A stretch of DNA of 59,665 nt, filler included. It is 8 parts of 8 records of this genome, joined end to end, with 100 filler letters (N's around TTAATTAATTAA, not from the genome) between each part and the next. Parts side by side here need not be neighbours in the genome. Positions count along the whole stretch, not along the records: positions 43,948 to 51,057 come from SRR31147125_35600; positions 51,158 to 59,665 come from SRR31147125_35619; 6 more parts are not named here. One strand, given 5' to 3'. Of this stretch, positions 43,948-54,258 are shown one piece after another; within the stretch, counting starts at the first letter, position 1; each line of letters opens with the position of its first letter. The notes below the pieces were generated by a model. That model ran no database searches. It saw only the letters and a list, made by a program, of their open reading frames with translations, and was not told the origin of the DNA. Position numbers and translations under genes: made by a program.

Positions 43948-45252
43948 AGAAGTACCAATTGCAATAAGAATACTGGCCACAACCAGATTAACCGATGCGC
44001 GCACTTTATCAAAAGCCGGAGCCTCCTCATCATTCTCGTAGTATGAAAATTTATCGAAACGAGATTGAACTGTATTGTTAACAGCAGCCGGCATATAACG
44101 CAACAGTTTTTTATTGAAATTGGTTACTCCGCGCACCATCATACGAGCTGCCATCGAAGAACCAAAACGTTCGTCTCCAGCATCCTGACGACCAAGATTA
44201 ATCTCGGTTTCGGTAACAGCACGTGCCTTTTTCGACATGATTAAAGTAATAACCATTACCAAACCAGAAATTAGCAACATAAAAATCGGCGTTGCGCTTT
44301 TTCCTGCCAGGTTAGCCATTGAGAAAGCATCGGGAGAAATACCGCCTGAAGCTACCCAGTCTTTAAACGAGGCGTAACCGGCTACCGGAACACCAATAAA
44401 GTTCACCAGGTCGTTTCCGGCAAAAGCCATTGCCAAAGCAAAGGTTCCCACCATTACAACCACCTTCAGTACTTTTATTTTAAATACCCATTTTAGTAAC
44501 TGTATTAAAACTACCCAGAAACCAAAGCTCATTAGTAAAACAAGCCCGGTATTGTGCTTAAACCATCCTTGTATAGTTTCTCCATTTACTAGTTCAACAT
44601 CGGCAAACGAAGAGCCTTTCATTCCTTTTATAAAAATAAAGTAGGTAATAGCCGTAATTGCCAGGCCTCCGAAAATAGCTCCGAAATACTTCATCGGGCC
44701 ACGATAACGGAACGAGAATACAAAACGGGTTATATACATAACCAGGGCGCCAATACTAAAGGCAATAAATACCGACAGCAAAATACCGGTAATAATAGCC
44801 AAGGCTTTTGAAGAGTTAATGTAGTTCGATAACTCGGCAGCTACCGACAGCCCCATTCCTTTTATTTTCACGGCAGCAACAGCTACTGCAGAACCCAACA
44901 ACTCGAAAACTATCGAAACTGTTGTCGATGTGGGCATTCCGAAGGTATTAAACAAGTCGAGCAAAATTACATCGGTAATCATAACCGCCAAAAAGATGGT
45001 CATGATTTCTGCAAAATAGAACTGGTCGGGATGGAATATCCCTTTACGTGCCACTTCCATCATGCCATTCGAGAAAGTTGCTCCTACTAAAACACCTAAA
45101 CTGGCCATTAAAAAAATTGCCCACTTGGGTGCAGCCTTCGAACCAATTGCCGAGTTCAAAAAGTTAACTGCGTCGTTACTAACCCCAACAATCAAGTCGG
45201 AAATTGCAAGTGCAAATAATACGACTACCAAAATCAGGTAAAAATTTTCCAT
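43948..45252 (-). CDS. PiT-family inorganic phosphate transporter (copy 1), 3'-partial
   Basis: GVSNDAVNF, GMPTSTT, AFAGNDLVNFIG. Confidence 0.9.
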
Positions 45253-45353
45253 TGAATTAAATTATTAATGACGGGTAAATAATTGTATTGTGAAGTTTTA
45301 AATAATACAATGCGTTTTTGTTTTTTTTCAGGAACAAAAATGTTCTAAGCATA

Positions 45354-45470
45354 TTACATTTCGATTACACTTTTGTTACATTTTTATTACTTTATTGTCG
45401 CAAATTCACCGCAACACGCTGTCATTCTTTTAATTCACCGGGCTCAAACAATATTACAATTCTGTTACAC
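45354..45470. promoter_or_regulatory. 11-bp-spaced TTAC(A) direct repeats (Pho-box/OmpR-family-like)
   Basis: TTACAT 45354, TTACAC 45365, TTACAT 45376, TTACTT 45387; second pair TTACAA 45454 and TTACAC 45465. Confidence 0.55.
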
Positions 45471-45473
45471 CAC

Positions 45474-45503
45474 AAAAAAAGCCGGGTTAAAAACCCGGCT
45501 TTT
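45474..45503 (-). terminator. Intrinsic terminator after PiT copy 2 (potentially bidirectional)
   Basis: AAAAAAAGCCGGGTT-AAA-AACCCGGCTTTT. Confidence 0.8.
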
Positions 45504-45526
45504 AAGTAATATCTTAAAATATATTA

Positions 45527-47794
45527 TTAAGACTGTCTTGTGTAGGTAAAGAAATCGCGTTGTGCTTTTGCCAAATTTACAGTATGCAATAACAAATGTT
45601 CCATTTCAGATATAATCTTAAAGAACAACTGCGAGTTTCGCGTATTAACAGCTTTTTGCTTAATACGTTTAATCTGGCTCTTTTCCATTTTATGTAGAAG
45701 TTCCAACAAGCCGTCGCGTACTTCCACTAAGCTGTCGAGCTCTTCAAAATTTTCCTCTTTAACTGCGTGCAAAACGTAATTATAGAAAGAGTCTGTCAAT
45801 CTCAATAACTCTTTAAGCTCTTTAACCTGATCTGCATTAAAAGGTTTATGATTATTCTCAACATGTATAATCATTGGTTCCAACATAAAATGAACAGCAT
45901 GTGCCATTTCACGTTTATGTTCCATCATTTGTACATAATAATGACTTGTTTCCAGAGTTCCATCTGTAAGTTTTGTAACAGTTGAATAAACCCTATCTCT
46001 ATTCTTTTTCGCCTTTGCAGAAAACACTTTACACAATTCTTCCACCTTCTTTAAACCAGTACGGTCTTCCTTAAGGAAGGCTTCAATACCCATTGAAATT
46101 ATTTGATTTGAAGAAACGACTGCCCTAATCATTTGTTTAGAGCTCTTTTCTAAAATTTGTTCAAAAGCGTCTTCTTCTTCAATATCTTCCTCCTCTTCGC
46201 CATTTTTCGCATCGCGTTTTTTCAGCATGCTATGTGTACGAAATACCATAAAAATGGCAATTGCGACAAATACGAAGATCATAAATTTACCACTAATTGA
46301 AATAAGCAGAGCAACTGTTCCGGCAACCGTAAAAGCAATTATAGCTGTTAAGAACCAACCTCCAATTACGGCAAAAACTCCCGAAATTCTGTAAACTGCA
46401 CTTTCTCTGTCCCACGCACGGTCTGAAAGCGAAGTACCCATGGCAACCATAAAGGTTACATATGTTGTTGACAGTGGCAATTTTAACGATGTACCAATGG
46501 CAATAAGAATACTGGCAACAATAAGGTTTACCGATGCACGAACTTTATCGAAAGCCGGTGGATTCTTCTCATCATCTTGTACATAGGAAAAAGGAGAAAA
46601 TCGCGACTGAATTCCGTTCGCAACAACACCAGGCATTATACTAACCAGTTTTTTGTTGAAATTGGTAGTTCCCCGAACAATAACACGTGCAGCCAGCGAC
46701 GAACCAAAACGCTCATCTCCTTCGTTCTGACGCGATAAATCGAGCGAAGTAGCAATAACCGATTTTGCTTTTTTCGATAATATAAGCGTTACAATCATTA
46801 TTAAACCGGCAATTAACAACATATACGTTGGCGTTCCTACTTTACCGGCCAACATGGCCATCGAGAATCCATCGGGATTTGTTGCACCTTCGGCTACCCA
46901 GGCCTGGAAAGAATTATAGCCCGCCAATGGCACTCCAATAAAGTTTACAAGGTCGTTACCGGCAAAAGCCATTGCCAAAGCAAAAGTTCCGGCCAATACT
47001 ACTACCTTCAGAATTTTAATGTTGAACACCCACTTTAACAATTGAATTAGAATCACCCAAAAACTAAAACTTGCTAATAATACCAGTCCTGTATTGTGCT
47101 TTATCCATCCTTGAATTGTTTCGCCACTACCCACTTCAAAATCGGCAAACGACGAACCTTTCATACCCTTTATTACTATAAAATAAGTAATAGCAGTAAT
47201 GGCTAAACCACCAAAAGCAGAACCAAAATATTTCATCGGCCCCCGATACTGAAAGGTAAAAACTAAACGCGTGAGGTACTGAACAAGTGCCCCAATCGTA
47301 AAGGCCACAATAACGGAGAGCAGAATACCCGCAATAATTGCCAGGGCCTTACTCGAGTTAATATATTGCGACAACTCCATTACTACAGAGCCTCCGGCTA
47401 ATTTGATTTTTACTATTGATACGGCTACTGCAGAACCCAACAATTCAAATACAATCGAAACTGTTGTTGAGGTTGGCATTCCGAAGGTATTGAACATATC
47501 CAACAGAATAACATCTGTTATCATAACCGCAAGGAAGATGATCATAATCTCGGAAAACACAAACATGTCGGGATGAAATATACCCTTTCGGGCAACTTCC
47601 ATCATTCCGTTAGAGAATGTGGCTCCAATTAAAACACCCAAGCTGGCCATTAAAAAGATAACCCACTTTGGAGCGGCTTTAGAACCTACTGCAGAGTTTA
47701 GAAAGTTTACAGCATCGTTACTAACACCAACAATTAAATCGGAGATTGCTAATGCAAATAGAACTACTACAAGAATCAAATAAAAATTTTCCAT
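45527..47794 (-). CDS. PiT-family phosphate transporter with C-terminal PhoU-like helical domain (copy 2)
   Basis: Same PiT motifs plus LPLSTTYVTFMVAMG and a soluble helical C-terminus. Confidence 0.9.
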   Translation of the reverse strand: MENFYLILVVVLFALAISDLIVGVSNDAVNFLNSAVGSKAAPKWVIFLMASLGVLIGATFSNGMMEVARKGIFHPDMFVFSEIMIIFLAVMITDVILLDMFNTFGMPTSTTVSIVFELLGSAVAVSIVKIKLAGGSVVMELSQYINSSKALAIIAGILLSVIVAFTIGALVQYLTRLVFTFQYRGPMKYFGSAFGGLAITAITYFIVIKGMKGSSFADFEVGSGETIQGWIKHNTGLVLLASFSFWVILIQLLKWVFNIKILKVVVLAGTFALAMAFAGNDLVNFIGVPLAGYNSFQAWVAEGATNPDGFSMAMLAGKVGTPTYMLLIAGLIMIVTLILSKKAKSVIATSLDLSRQNEGDERFGSSLAARVIVRGTTNFNKKLVSIMPGVVANGIQSRFSPFSYVQDDEKNPPAFDKVRASVNLIVASILIAIGTSLKLPLSTTYVTFMVAMGTSLSDRAWDRESAVYRISGVFAVIGGWFLTAIIAFTVAGTVALLISISGKFMIFVFVAIAIFMVFRTHSMLKKRDAKNGEEEEDIEEEDAFEQILEKSSKQMIRAVVSSNQIISMGIEAFLKEDRTGLKKVEELCKVFSAKAKKNRDRVYSTVTKLTDGTLETSHYYVQMMEHKREMAHAVHFMLEPMIIHVENNHKPFNADQVKELKELLRLTDSFYNYVLHAVKEENFEELDSLVEVRDGLLELLHKMEKSQIKRIKQKAVNTRNSQLFFKIISEMEHLLLHTVNLAKAQRDFFTYTRQS

Positions 47795-48069
47795 TTATTT
47801 TTTAATTAATGACGGATGGCAAATATACTGGTTAGAAAAACTTTAATCGTTTTGTAATATTAATAAAATATTAACTAACCATGAAATTACCATTAATCAA
47901 TTAGTAAGTTCATTTTCAGGATATTGTTAGTGAAGTATTTTAGCTTAAGTTTGGGGAGAAAATTCGGTTTCGCTATAGTGAAGTCCCTATAAATCATGCT
48001 AAATAGATAGATGCGAATAGAAACTAATTTGCTACTTAAATTTCAACTTACCAGGAAAATATACTTTAA

Positions 48070-49107
48070 ATGAGAACATATACTTCAAAATTTCTTTCGA
48101 TTACGGTTTCAGTTGTGCTAACCATTTTGGCACTCGGAATAATGTTACTTATTCATTTTTACGCCGAAAACATTGTTATAATCGCGGTGGCTTCCGTATT
48201 TTTCTTCATCGCAGCCTATTTTTCAGTTCTTTTTATCATTCAGAAATACATTGCCGACCGAATAAAGCCTATTTATAATACCATACGCGATCTTCCGCTT
48301 AGTGGGAAAAAAATGGAAGAAAAAACAGTGGATTCGAATAGTCTTCTCACAAATGTTAAAAACGAAGTAGAAGAATGGGCCAAAACTCAGTTAAAAGAAA
48401 TTGAACGATTAAAAGAACTGGAGAAATACAGAAAAGATTTTGTTGGAAATGTTTCGCATGAATTAAAGACTCCTATTTTTAATATTCAGGGTTACGTTCT
48501 AACGCTTCTCGAAGGAGGACTTGATGACCCAAAAATTAACAAACTTTATTTAAAGCGTACCGAAAAAAGTATCGACCGCATGGTTTCAATTGTTGAAGAC
48601 CTTGAATCGATTACCAAACTTGAGTCGGGTGAATTAAAACTTAACCTTAAAACTAGACATTGTTAAAATAGTTGACGAGGTAATTGAAATGGAGCATTGG
48701 CAAGCTTCGGAAAGCAAAATAAAGCTTAAGATTATTGATAAACCTGATCGTCCGATTTTTGTAACAGCTGATAAAAAACGAATTTTAGAAGTAATTACCA
48801 ACCTCATAGTAAACGCCATAAAATACGGAAAACAAAAGGGATACGTTCACATTTCGTTTCACGACTCCAAGACAATATTATTGTTGAAGTAGCCGACAAC
48901 GGAATTGGAATGGATAAAAAAGATTTGCCCCGAATTTTCGAGCGCTTTTTCCGTGTCGATAAATCGCGTTCGCGCGAGCAAGGAGGTACAGGATTGGGAT
49001 TGTCGATTGTTAAACACATTATCGAAGCTCATAATCAATCCATTAATGTACGTAGTGTAATCGACCAGGGTACAACATTTAATTTCACTCTTGAGAAAAC
49101 AAAATAA
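48070..49107 (+). CDS. PhoR-like sensor histidine kinase, frameshifted (two breaks)
   Basis: Two TM helices, [45 protein letters not shown], spread over ORFs 48070, 48689 and 48910. Confidence 0.85.
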
Positions 49108-49213
49108 GCCAAAGCAATAAGAATATGAGCTTATTAATCCGTGTTCTGCGTTTTAATTTGTATTTTGCATCCGCTTAAATACAATAAATTATAATTAACT
49201 AATAAATTTGTGT

Positions 49214-49269
49214 TTATTACAACTTTAAAAGAAAATTAACTGTTCTTTAATAAGTTGCATTTACTTTTG
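49214..49269 (+). promoter_or_regulatory. 11-bp-spaced TTA(A) repeats and Bacteroidota -7 element upstream of the response regulator
   Basis: TTATTA 49214, TTAAAA 49225, TTAACT 49236, TTAATA 49247; TACTTTTG (TAnnTTTG) at 49262-49269. Confidence 0.4.
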
Positions 49270-49291
49270 TTTCAGATTTTTTAATAACGAT

Positions 49292-49990
49292 ATGAGCGAA
49301 AATCAATTTAAAGTTTTACTGGTTGACGATGAGTTAGATATTTTAGAATTTCTAAGCTACAACCTCGAAAAAGCCGGCTACCAAGTTTTTACAGCTAAAA
49401 ATGGAGTTGAAGCAATTAAAGTTGCTGAAAAACAGACACCTCATCTGATTATTCTGGATGTAATGATGCCTGAAATGGATGGAATTGCAGCATGCGAAGA
49501 ACTGCGTAAAATTCCTGCATTAAGCACTACAATTATTGCATTTTTAACTGCCCGCGGAGAAGATTACTCTCAAATTGCAGGCTTCGAAGCTGGTGCCGAC
49601 GATTATATTACAAAACCTATTCGTCCGAAAGTATTGGTTAGCCGTGTTAAAGCCCTGTTAAAAAGAACAGGAGAAGCCACACAACCTGTTGAAGTGATTG
49701 ATACGAATACAGTAACAATTGGCGACTTGCTAATCGACAAAGAACGTTACCTTATTCGCATTGGCGACAACGAAATGATTCTTCCACGTAAAGAATTTGA
49801 ACTACTTTCATTATTGGTTTCTAAACCAGGAAAAGTATTTACCCGCGAAGAAATTTATTATTCGGTGTGGGGCGAAAATGTTGTGGTTGGCGACCGTACA
49901 ATAGATGTTCATATTCGTAAGTTGCGCGAAAAAATTGGCAACGAACACATTAAAACGCTAAAAGGTATTGGCTACAAGTTTGTTGAATAA
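49292..49990 (+). CDS. PhoB/PhoP-like OmpR-family response regulator
   Basis: LLVDDE, LDVMMP, GADDYITKP, winged helix RTIDVHIRKLREK, GIGYKF. Confidence 0.92.
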   Translation: MSENQFKVLLVDDELDILEFLSYNLEKAGYQVFTAKNGVEAIKVAEKQTPHLIILDVMMPEMDGIAACEELRKIPALSTTIIAFLTARGEDYSQIAGFEAGADDYITKPIRPKVLVSRVKALLKRTGEATQPVEVIDTNTVTIGDLLIDKERYLIRIGDNEMILPRKEFELLSLLVSKPGKVFTREEIYYSVWGENVVVGDRTIDVHIRKLREKIGNEHIKTLKGIGYKFVE

Positions 49991-49993
49991 ACT

Positions 49994-50599
49994 TTAGCTG
50001 AAATAAATCGCAGAATACAATATTGAAAATCCCAGCACATATCCGGCAACTATTTGCCAGATATCGTGCTTGTTCAATAGTAAACGGGCCGTAGCTACTG
50101 CACCCGATAACAACACAACGATAAGAATTGAATAAAGGGGATTAAATCCATTCCGAAAACTCAAAGCAAAAACAGCTCCGGCTAATCCGCCAATACTTGC
50201 GGAGTGATTGCTTATCTTCCATTTAAACGAGACAAGCAACAATAAAACAATTACCAATACACTCCCCAACAAGAACAGTTTAAACTCTGTAAAAATCCGA
50301 ATCCGGTTCATTAAAATAAATCCCAGGTAGTAATAGACTGATGTTGCCAGTAAGGGAATAATACGATCGCGGCTTTTGGGCATTGTAACATCGAATTTAG
50401 AGTTAAAAGCCAAAACTGCAATGGTTAGTAACGGGAGTATGCAAGTTGAAAAAAATACGACCAACAACACAAATCGTTTGGCCTCTCCCGATAACATTGA
50501 GAAGTAAAATCCTGAATTAAACAACAGCAAAAAACCAAGTGTTGGAACCAAAACCGGATGAAATGCGATAGATATTAGTCGTGCTATTTTTTGTTGCAT
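49994..50599 (-). CDS. PAP2-like membrane protein
   Basis: ISIAFHP, WKISNHS, ARLLLNKH..QIVAG; start MQQK directly after the rpoN stop. Confidence 0.7.
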   Translation of the reverse strand: MQQKIARLISIAFHPVLVPTLGFLLLFNSGFYFSMLSGEAKRFVLLVVFFSTCILPLLTIAVLAFNSKFDVTMPKSRDRIIPLLATSVYYYLGFILMNRIRIFTEFKLFLLGSVLVIVLLLLVSFKWKISNHSASIGGLAGAVFALSFRNGFNPLYSILIVVLLSGAVATARLLLNKHDIWQIVAGYVLGFSILYSAIYFS

Positions 50600-50600
50600 G

Positions 50601-51057
50601 CTAAAGTTCTTTACGTAAACGGGCAACCGGAATATCAAGCTGTTCGCGGTATTTCGCAACAGTTCGCCTTGCAATATTATACGATTTCTCTTTTAATATT
50701 TGTGCCAGCTTCTCGTCGGTTAAAGGTTTACGTTTGTCTTCGTTTTCAATACATTCCTGCAAAATCTTCTTAATTTCCCGGGTAGAAACCTCTTCTCCAT
50801 CATCTTTCTGCATTCCTTCAGAAAAGAAATATTTTACCGGATAGATTCCGAAATGTGTTTGAATATATTTACTGTTCGAAACCCTTGAAATGGTAGAAAT
50901 ATCAAGATTTGTCCTTTCGGCAATATCTTTCAAAATCATGGGCTTCAGTTTTGTCTCATCGCCTTCCTGAAAATATTCTTTCTGAAAACTAATAATCTCG
51001 GTCATGGTTAACAACAGCGTTGTTTGGCGTTGCTGAATGGCATCGATAAACCATTTG
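50601..51057 (-). CDS. rpoN: RNA polymerase sigma-54 factor, C-terminal part (5'-partial)
   Basis: LKPMILKDIA, STISRV, RpoN box ARRTVAKYRE. Confidence 0.95.
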
Positions 51058-51157
51058 NNNNNNNNNNNNNNNNNNNNNNNNNNNNNNNNNNNNNNNNNNN
51101 NTTAATTAATTAANNNNNNNNNNNNNNNNNNNNNNNNNNNNNNNNNNNNNNNNNNNN
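51058..51157. other. Artificial contig linker
   Basis: N44-TTAATTAATTAA-N44. Confidence 0.98.
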
Positions 51158-51625
51158 AAAAAGATGAGTCCGTTAAAGGCTATTCAGCCCCAAAACGTAA
51201 AAGGCCCCGGAATAAACGTAATTTGGCAACTCGTAGATGGAGAACTTACCGAACAGGATAACGCAGGACCCCAGCAGAAAATGGATGAATTAATTTCGGC
51301 AAGAAGTGTAATTTGTACAGGAGAAAATGGAATAATTAAAATAGAAACTTACTTAAAGGTTCCCAAAACTGCAATTTATGAGTTCTTGGGACATCCTGAC
51401 TTGTTGGAAGTAGACGGGATTAATGTGATGAACTGTTCAAAAAAATCGAAACGGATTTTTTATCGTTCGCAGGTTGCGTTGGAAAAAGGGTGGCACAAGT
51501 TAAATGCTACCTATTATATCCGTGACTATTTGTCGATACCGTCTTCCAAAATTAAAACAGAGCTTACGTGGCGAACTGAAAATGGAGAGTGGGAGAGTTT
51601 AAAGCCATATACTTATATCGATTAA
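51158..51625 (+). CDS. C-terminal PA14-like fragment, 5'-partial
   Basis: YLKVPKTAIYEF, LEVDG, VALEKGWHKL; frame open from the contig start. Confidence 0.55.
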   Translation, partial: KKMSPLKAIQPQNVKGPGINVIWQLVDGELTEQDNAGPQQKMDELISARSVICTGENGIIKIETYLKVPKTAIYEFLGHPDLLEVDGINVMNCSKKSKRIFYRSQVALEKGWHKLNATYYIRDYLSIPSSKIKTELTWRTENGEWESLKPYTYID

Positions 51626-51772
51626 TGGTTGTTGTTGTTTGTAAAGTTCCGATGAAATTAAGAATGTGCTTAATCGTTTTAGCGAAAAATGTTATTTTTA
51701 AAATTTAATTACTAGTGTCAAGACTTTGCGTGAAAGAGTACACGTGACTCGACACTTGCTATACCAAAAAGA

Positions 51773-54139
51773 ATGAAACAGCTTTTAATAATCTTAATCT
51801 TTTTGAGTTTTAATCAGGTATTAAATGCTCAAAACCAAATTTATGTATCTGCAAGTGGTAACGATACAAACGAAGGGAGCCAAATTAAGCCGGTAGCAAC
51901 GTTAAAGCGGGCAATGGAAATTTATCGCACATCAGGCGAAACAGGAAATACCGAAATTATTTTCAGAGCGGGTACATATCGCTTTTCAGAGCCCGTTACC
52001 TTTAAGTCTTCCGATTCAGGTACCGAAAAAACACCTTTAGTAATAAAAGGTTTTGGCGATGAAAAAGTTGTTTTTTCTGCCGGAAGCGAACTACAATTAA
52101 ATTGGAAAAAACACAAAAATGGCATTTACAAAGCCAAAGTAAACAGGAACGTTCCACGCTTTGAACAGTTTTATGTAAATGGCGAACAAAAAATACTGGC
52201 GCGTTATCCAAATTATACACCGGAAGTTTCGCCTTTTGGTGGTTGGGCAGCCGATGCCATTGCGCCCGAGCGTTTAAAAAAGCTCGACGGATTAAATGGA
52301 GCCTATTATCACGTAATACATGCTGCGCGTTGGGGAGGTTTTCATTATCAAATTACCGGTGTTGATAACGATGGTAATCCTATGCTTGACGGAGGTTGGC
52401 AAAATAACCGCCCTGAAAACGGGCTTCACGACAAGTACAGAATGATAGAAAATACACTTGCCGAATTGGACGCTCCAAACGAGTGGTATTTCGATGGCGA
52501 ATATGTGTATTTCTATCCGGAATCAGAAGATGAATTAGATGCAACTTACGAGGCCGATGGCGAAGAAATAATACTACACTTTAAAGGTTCGGAAAACTAC
52601 CCGATTAAACACATTGAAATTGAAAATTTAAGCTTTGAACACACCGCCCGTACTTTTATGAAAAGCAAAGAACAGTTGTTACGAAGCGACTGGACCATCT
52701 ATCGCTGTGGTGCTGTTTTAATGGATGGAGTTGAAAACTGCAGCGTTTCAAACTGCGAATTCCATCAGTTGGGCGGACATGCCATGTTTGTAAGCAATTA
52801 TGCCCGTAATGTTGAAGTTCGTTCGTGCCATATTTCAAATATTGGAGGAAGTGGAATTTGTTTTGTAGGAAATGCCGATGCGGTTCGTAGTCCTGACTTT
52901 CATTATTCGGAATTCACAAAATATGAAGAGCTTGATTTGGAGATTGGGCCGAAAACCAACGAATATCCGGCAAACTGTGTGGCGCACGATAACCTGATTC
53001 ACGACATTGGACAGGTGCAAAAACAAATGGCAGGTGTGCAAATTGCAATGGCTATGGACATTACTGTTAGCCACAACAGCATTTATAATTGTTCGCGTGC
53101 CGGAATTAATGTTGGCGACGGAACCTGGGGCGGTCATATAATTGAGTTTAACGATGTATTTAAAACCGTTCAGGAAACCAGCGACCACGGTTCGTTTAAC
53201 TCGTGGGGGCGCGACCGTTTTTGGCAGCCCAACCGCGTGCAAATCGATAAAAATGTAGCAAAACATCCCGGACTGGAAATTTTGGATGCCTTTCATACAA
53301 CTGTTATTAGAAATAACCGCATGCGTTGTGACCATGGTTGGGATATCGACCTGGACGATGGCTCTACCAATTACCACGTTTATAACAACCTTTGTTTGAA
53401 AAACGAGATAAAATTGCGCGAGGGCTACCACCGCGTGGTTGAAAATAATATTTGCGTGAATAATTCAATTCATCCGCACGTTTGGCAGGTAAACAGTGGA
53501 GATGTAGTTATGCGCAATATTTTTGGCTCATACTATTTTCCCATTGCCATGAAAGACAATTGGGGAACTTTGCTCGATTTGAATCTTTTCGATATTGGCG
53601 AAAAACCATCGAACATGAACGATTTTGAACGCGATAAAAATTCGGTAATTGCAAATCCTCTATTTGTAAATCCTGGGAAAGGCGATTATCGCGTAAAAGG
53701 AAATTCTCCGGCGCTTGCGCTTGGTTTCCAAAATTTTGTAATGAACAAATTTGGAGTTATTTCACCTTGGTTAAAAGAACATGCTGAAACGCCAGAGTTA
53801 CCCAAATACCTTGCAGGTTTGCAGCCGGGCGCTAAACCATCGCGCGACGTAACCATACACACCTGGCTTGGTGGTAAAATTAAAAACCTGGTTGGCTTAG
53901 GTGAAATTTCGGCAACAGGCATGCACGACGAAACAGGAGTTTTTATACTCGAAGTACCCAATGGTAGTTTAATGGAAGAGTTTGGCTTTAAAACCAACGA
54001 TGTAATTCTTGACTTTTGGGGGCAGAAAACCCACAATGTAAAACGCTTGTTCGAATTATATGAGGGGCGCTTAAAGGATAAGAAAACCCCAATGGGCGTT
54101 TGGCGCGACCAGCAAAATACAACGGTAAGAGTAGAATAA
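51773..54139 (+). CDS. Right-handed beta-helix glycoside hydrolase (GH141-like) with C-terminal PDZ-like domain
   Basis: Signal peptide, YVSASGND..G, LARYPN, ELDAPNEWY, ETSDHGSFNSWGRDR, WDIDLDDGS; PDZ-like GVFILEVPNGS..GFKTNDVI. Confidence 0.75.
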   Translation: MKQLLIILIFLSFNQVLNAQNQIYVSASGNDTNEGSQIKPVATLKRAMEIYRTSGETGNTEIIFRAGTYRFSEPVTFKSSDSGTEKTPLVIKGFGDEKVVFSAGSELQLNWKKHKNGIYKAKVNRNVPRFEQFYVNGEQKILARYPNYTPEVSPFGGWAADAIAPERLKKLDGLNGAYYHVIHAARWGGFHYQITGVDNDGNPMLDGGWQNNRPENGLHDKYRMIENTLAELDAPNEWYFDGEYVYFYPESEDELDATYEADGEEIILHFKGSENYPIKHIEIENLSFEHTARTFMKSKEQLLRSDWTIYRCGAVLMDGVENCSVSNCEFHQLGGHAMFVSNYARNVEVRSCHISNIGGSGICFVGNADAVRSPDFHYSEFTKYEELDLEIGPKTNEYPANCVAHDNLIHDIGQVQKQMAGVQIAMAMDITVSHNSIYNCSRAGINVGDGTWGGHIIEFNDVFKTVQETSDHGSFNSWGRDRFWQPNRVQIDKNVAKHPGLEILDAFHTTVIRNNRMRCDHGWDIDLDDGSTNYHVYNNLCLKNEIKLREGYHRVVENNICVNNSIHPHVWQVNSGDVVMRNIFGSYYFPIAMKDNWGTLLDLNLFDIGEKPSNMNDFERDKNSVIANPLFVNPGKGDYRVKGNSPALALGFQNFVMNKFGVISPWLKEHAETPELPKYLAGLQPGAKPSRDVTIHTWLGGKIKNLVGLGEISATGMHDETGVFILEVPNGSLMEEFGFKTNDVILDFWGQKTHNVKRLFELYEGRLKDKKTPMGVWRDQQNTTVRVE

Positions 54140-54258
54140 GAAATTTAACAAATACGAATAAAATGAAACGAGCATGTAGTTTATTGATGCCTAAGAGTAT
54201 GAATTATAATTCATGCGAGTTCCGTACTATCCCTTCAAGAATAAACAATTTTAATAGT

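Noticed and set aside
51714-51756. Imperfect inverted repeat AGTGTCAAGAC...GACTCGACACT as the same element as the end at 4987-5015
   Set aside because: Shared identity is only ACTAGTGTCA (10 nt) on a different contig; more likely an unrelated intergenic hairpin.
54100-54258. N-terminal extension of GH95 and the 16-bp palindrome ATGAATTATAATTCAT (54199-54214)
   Set aside because: The lipoprotein signal starts at ATG 54259. The palindrome is a single AT-rich copy with no supporting context.
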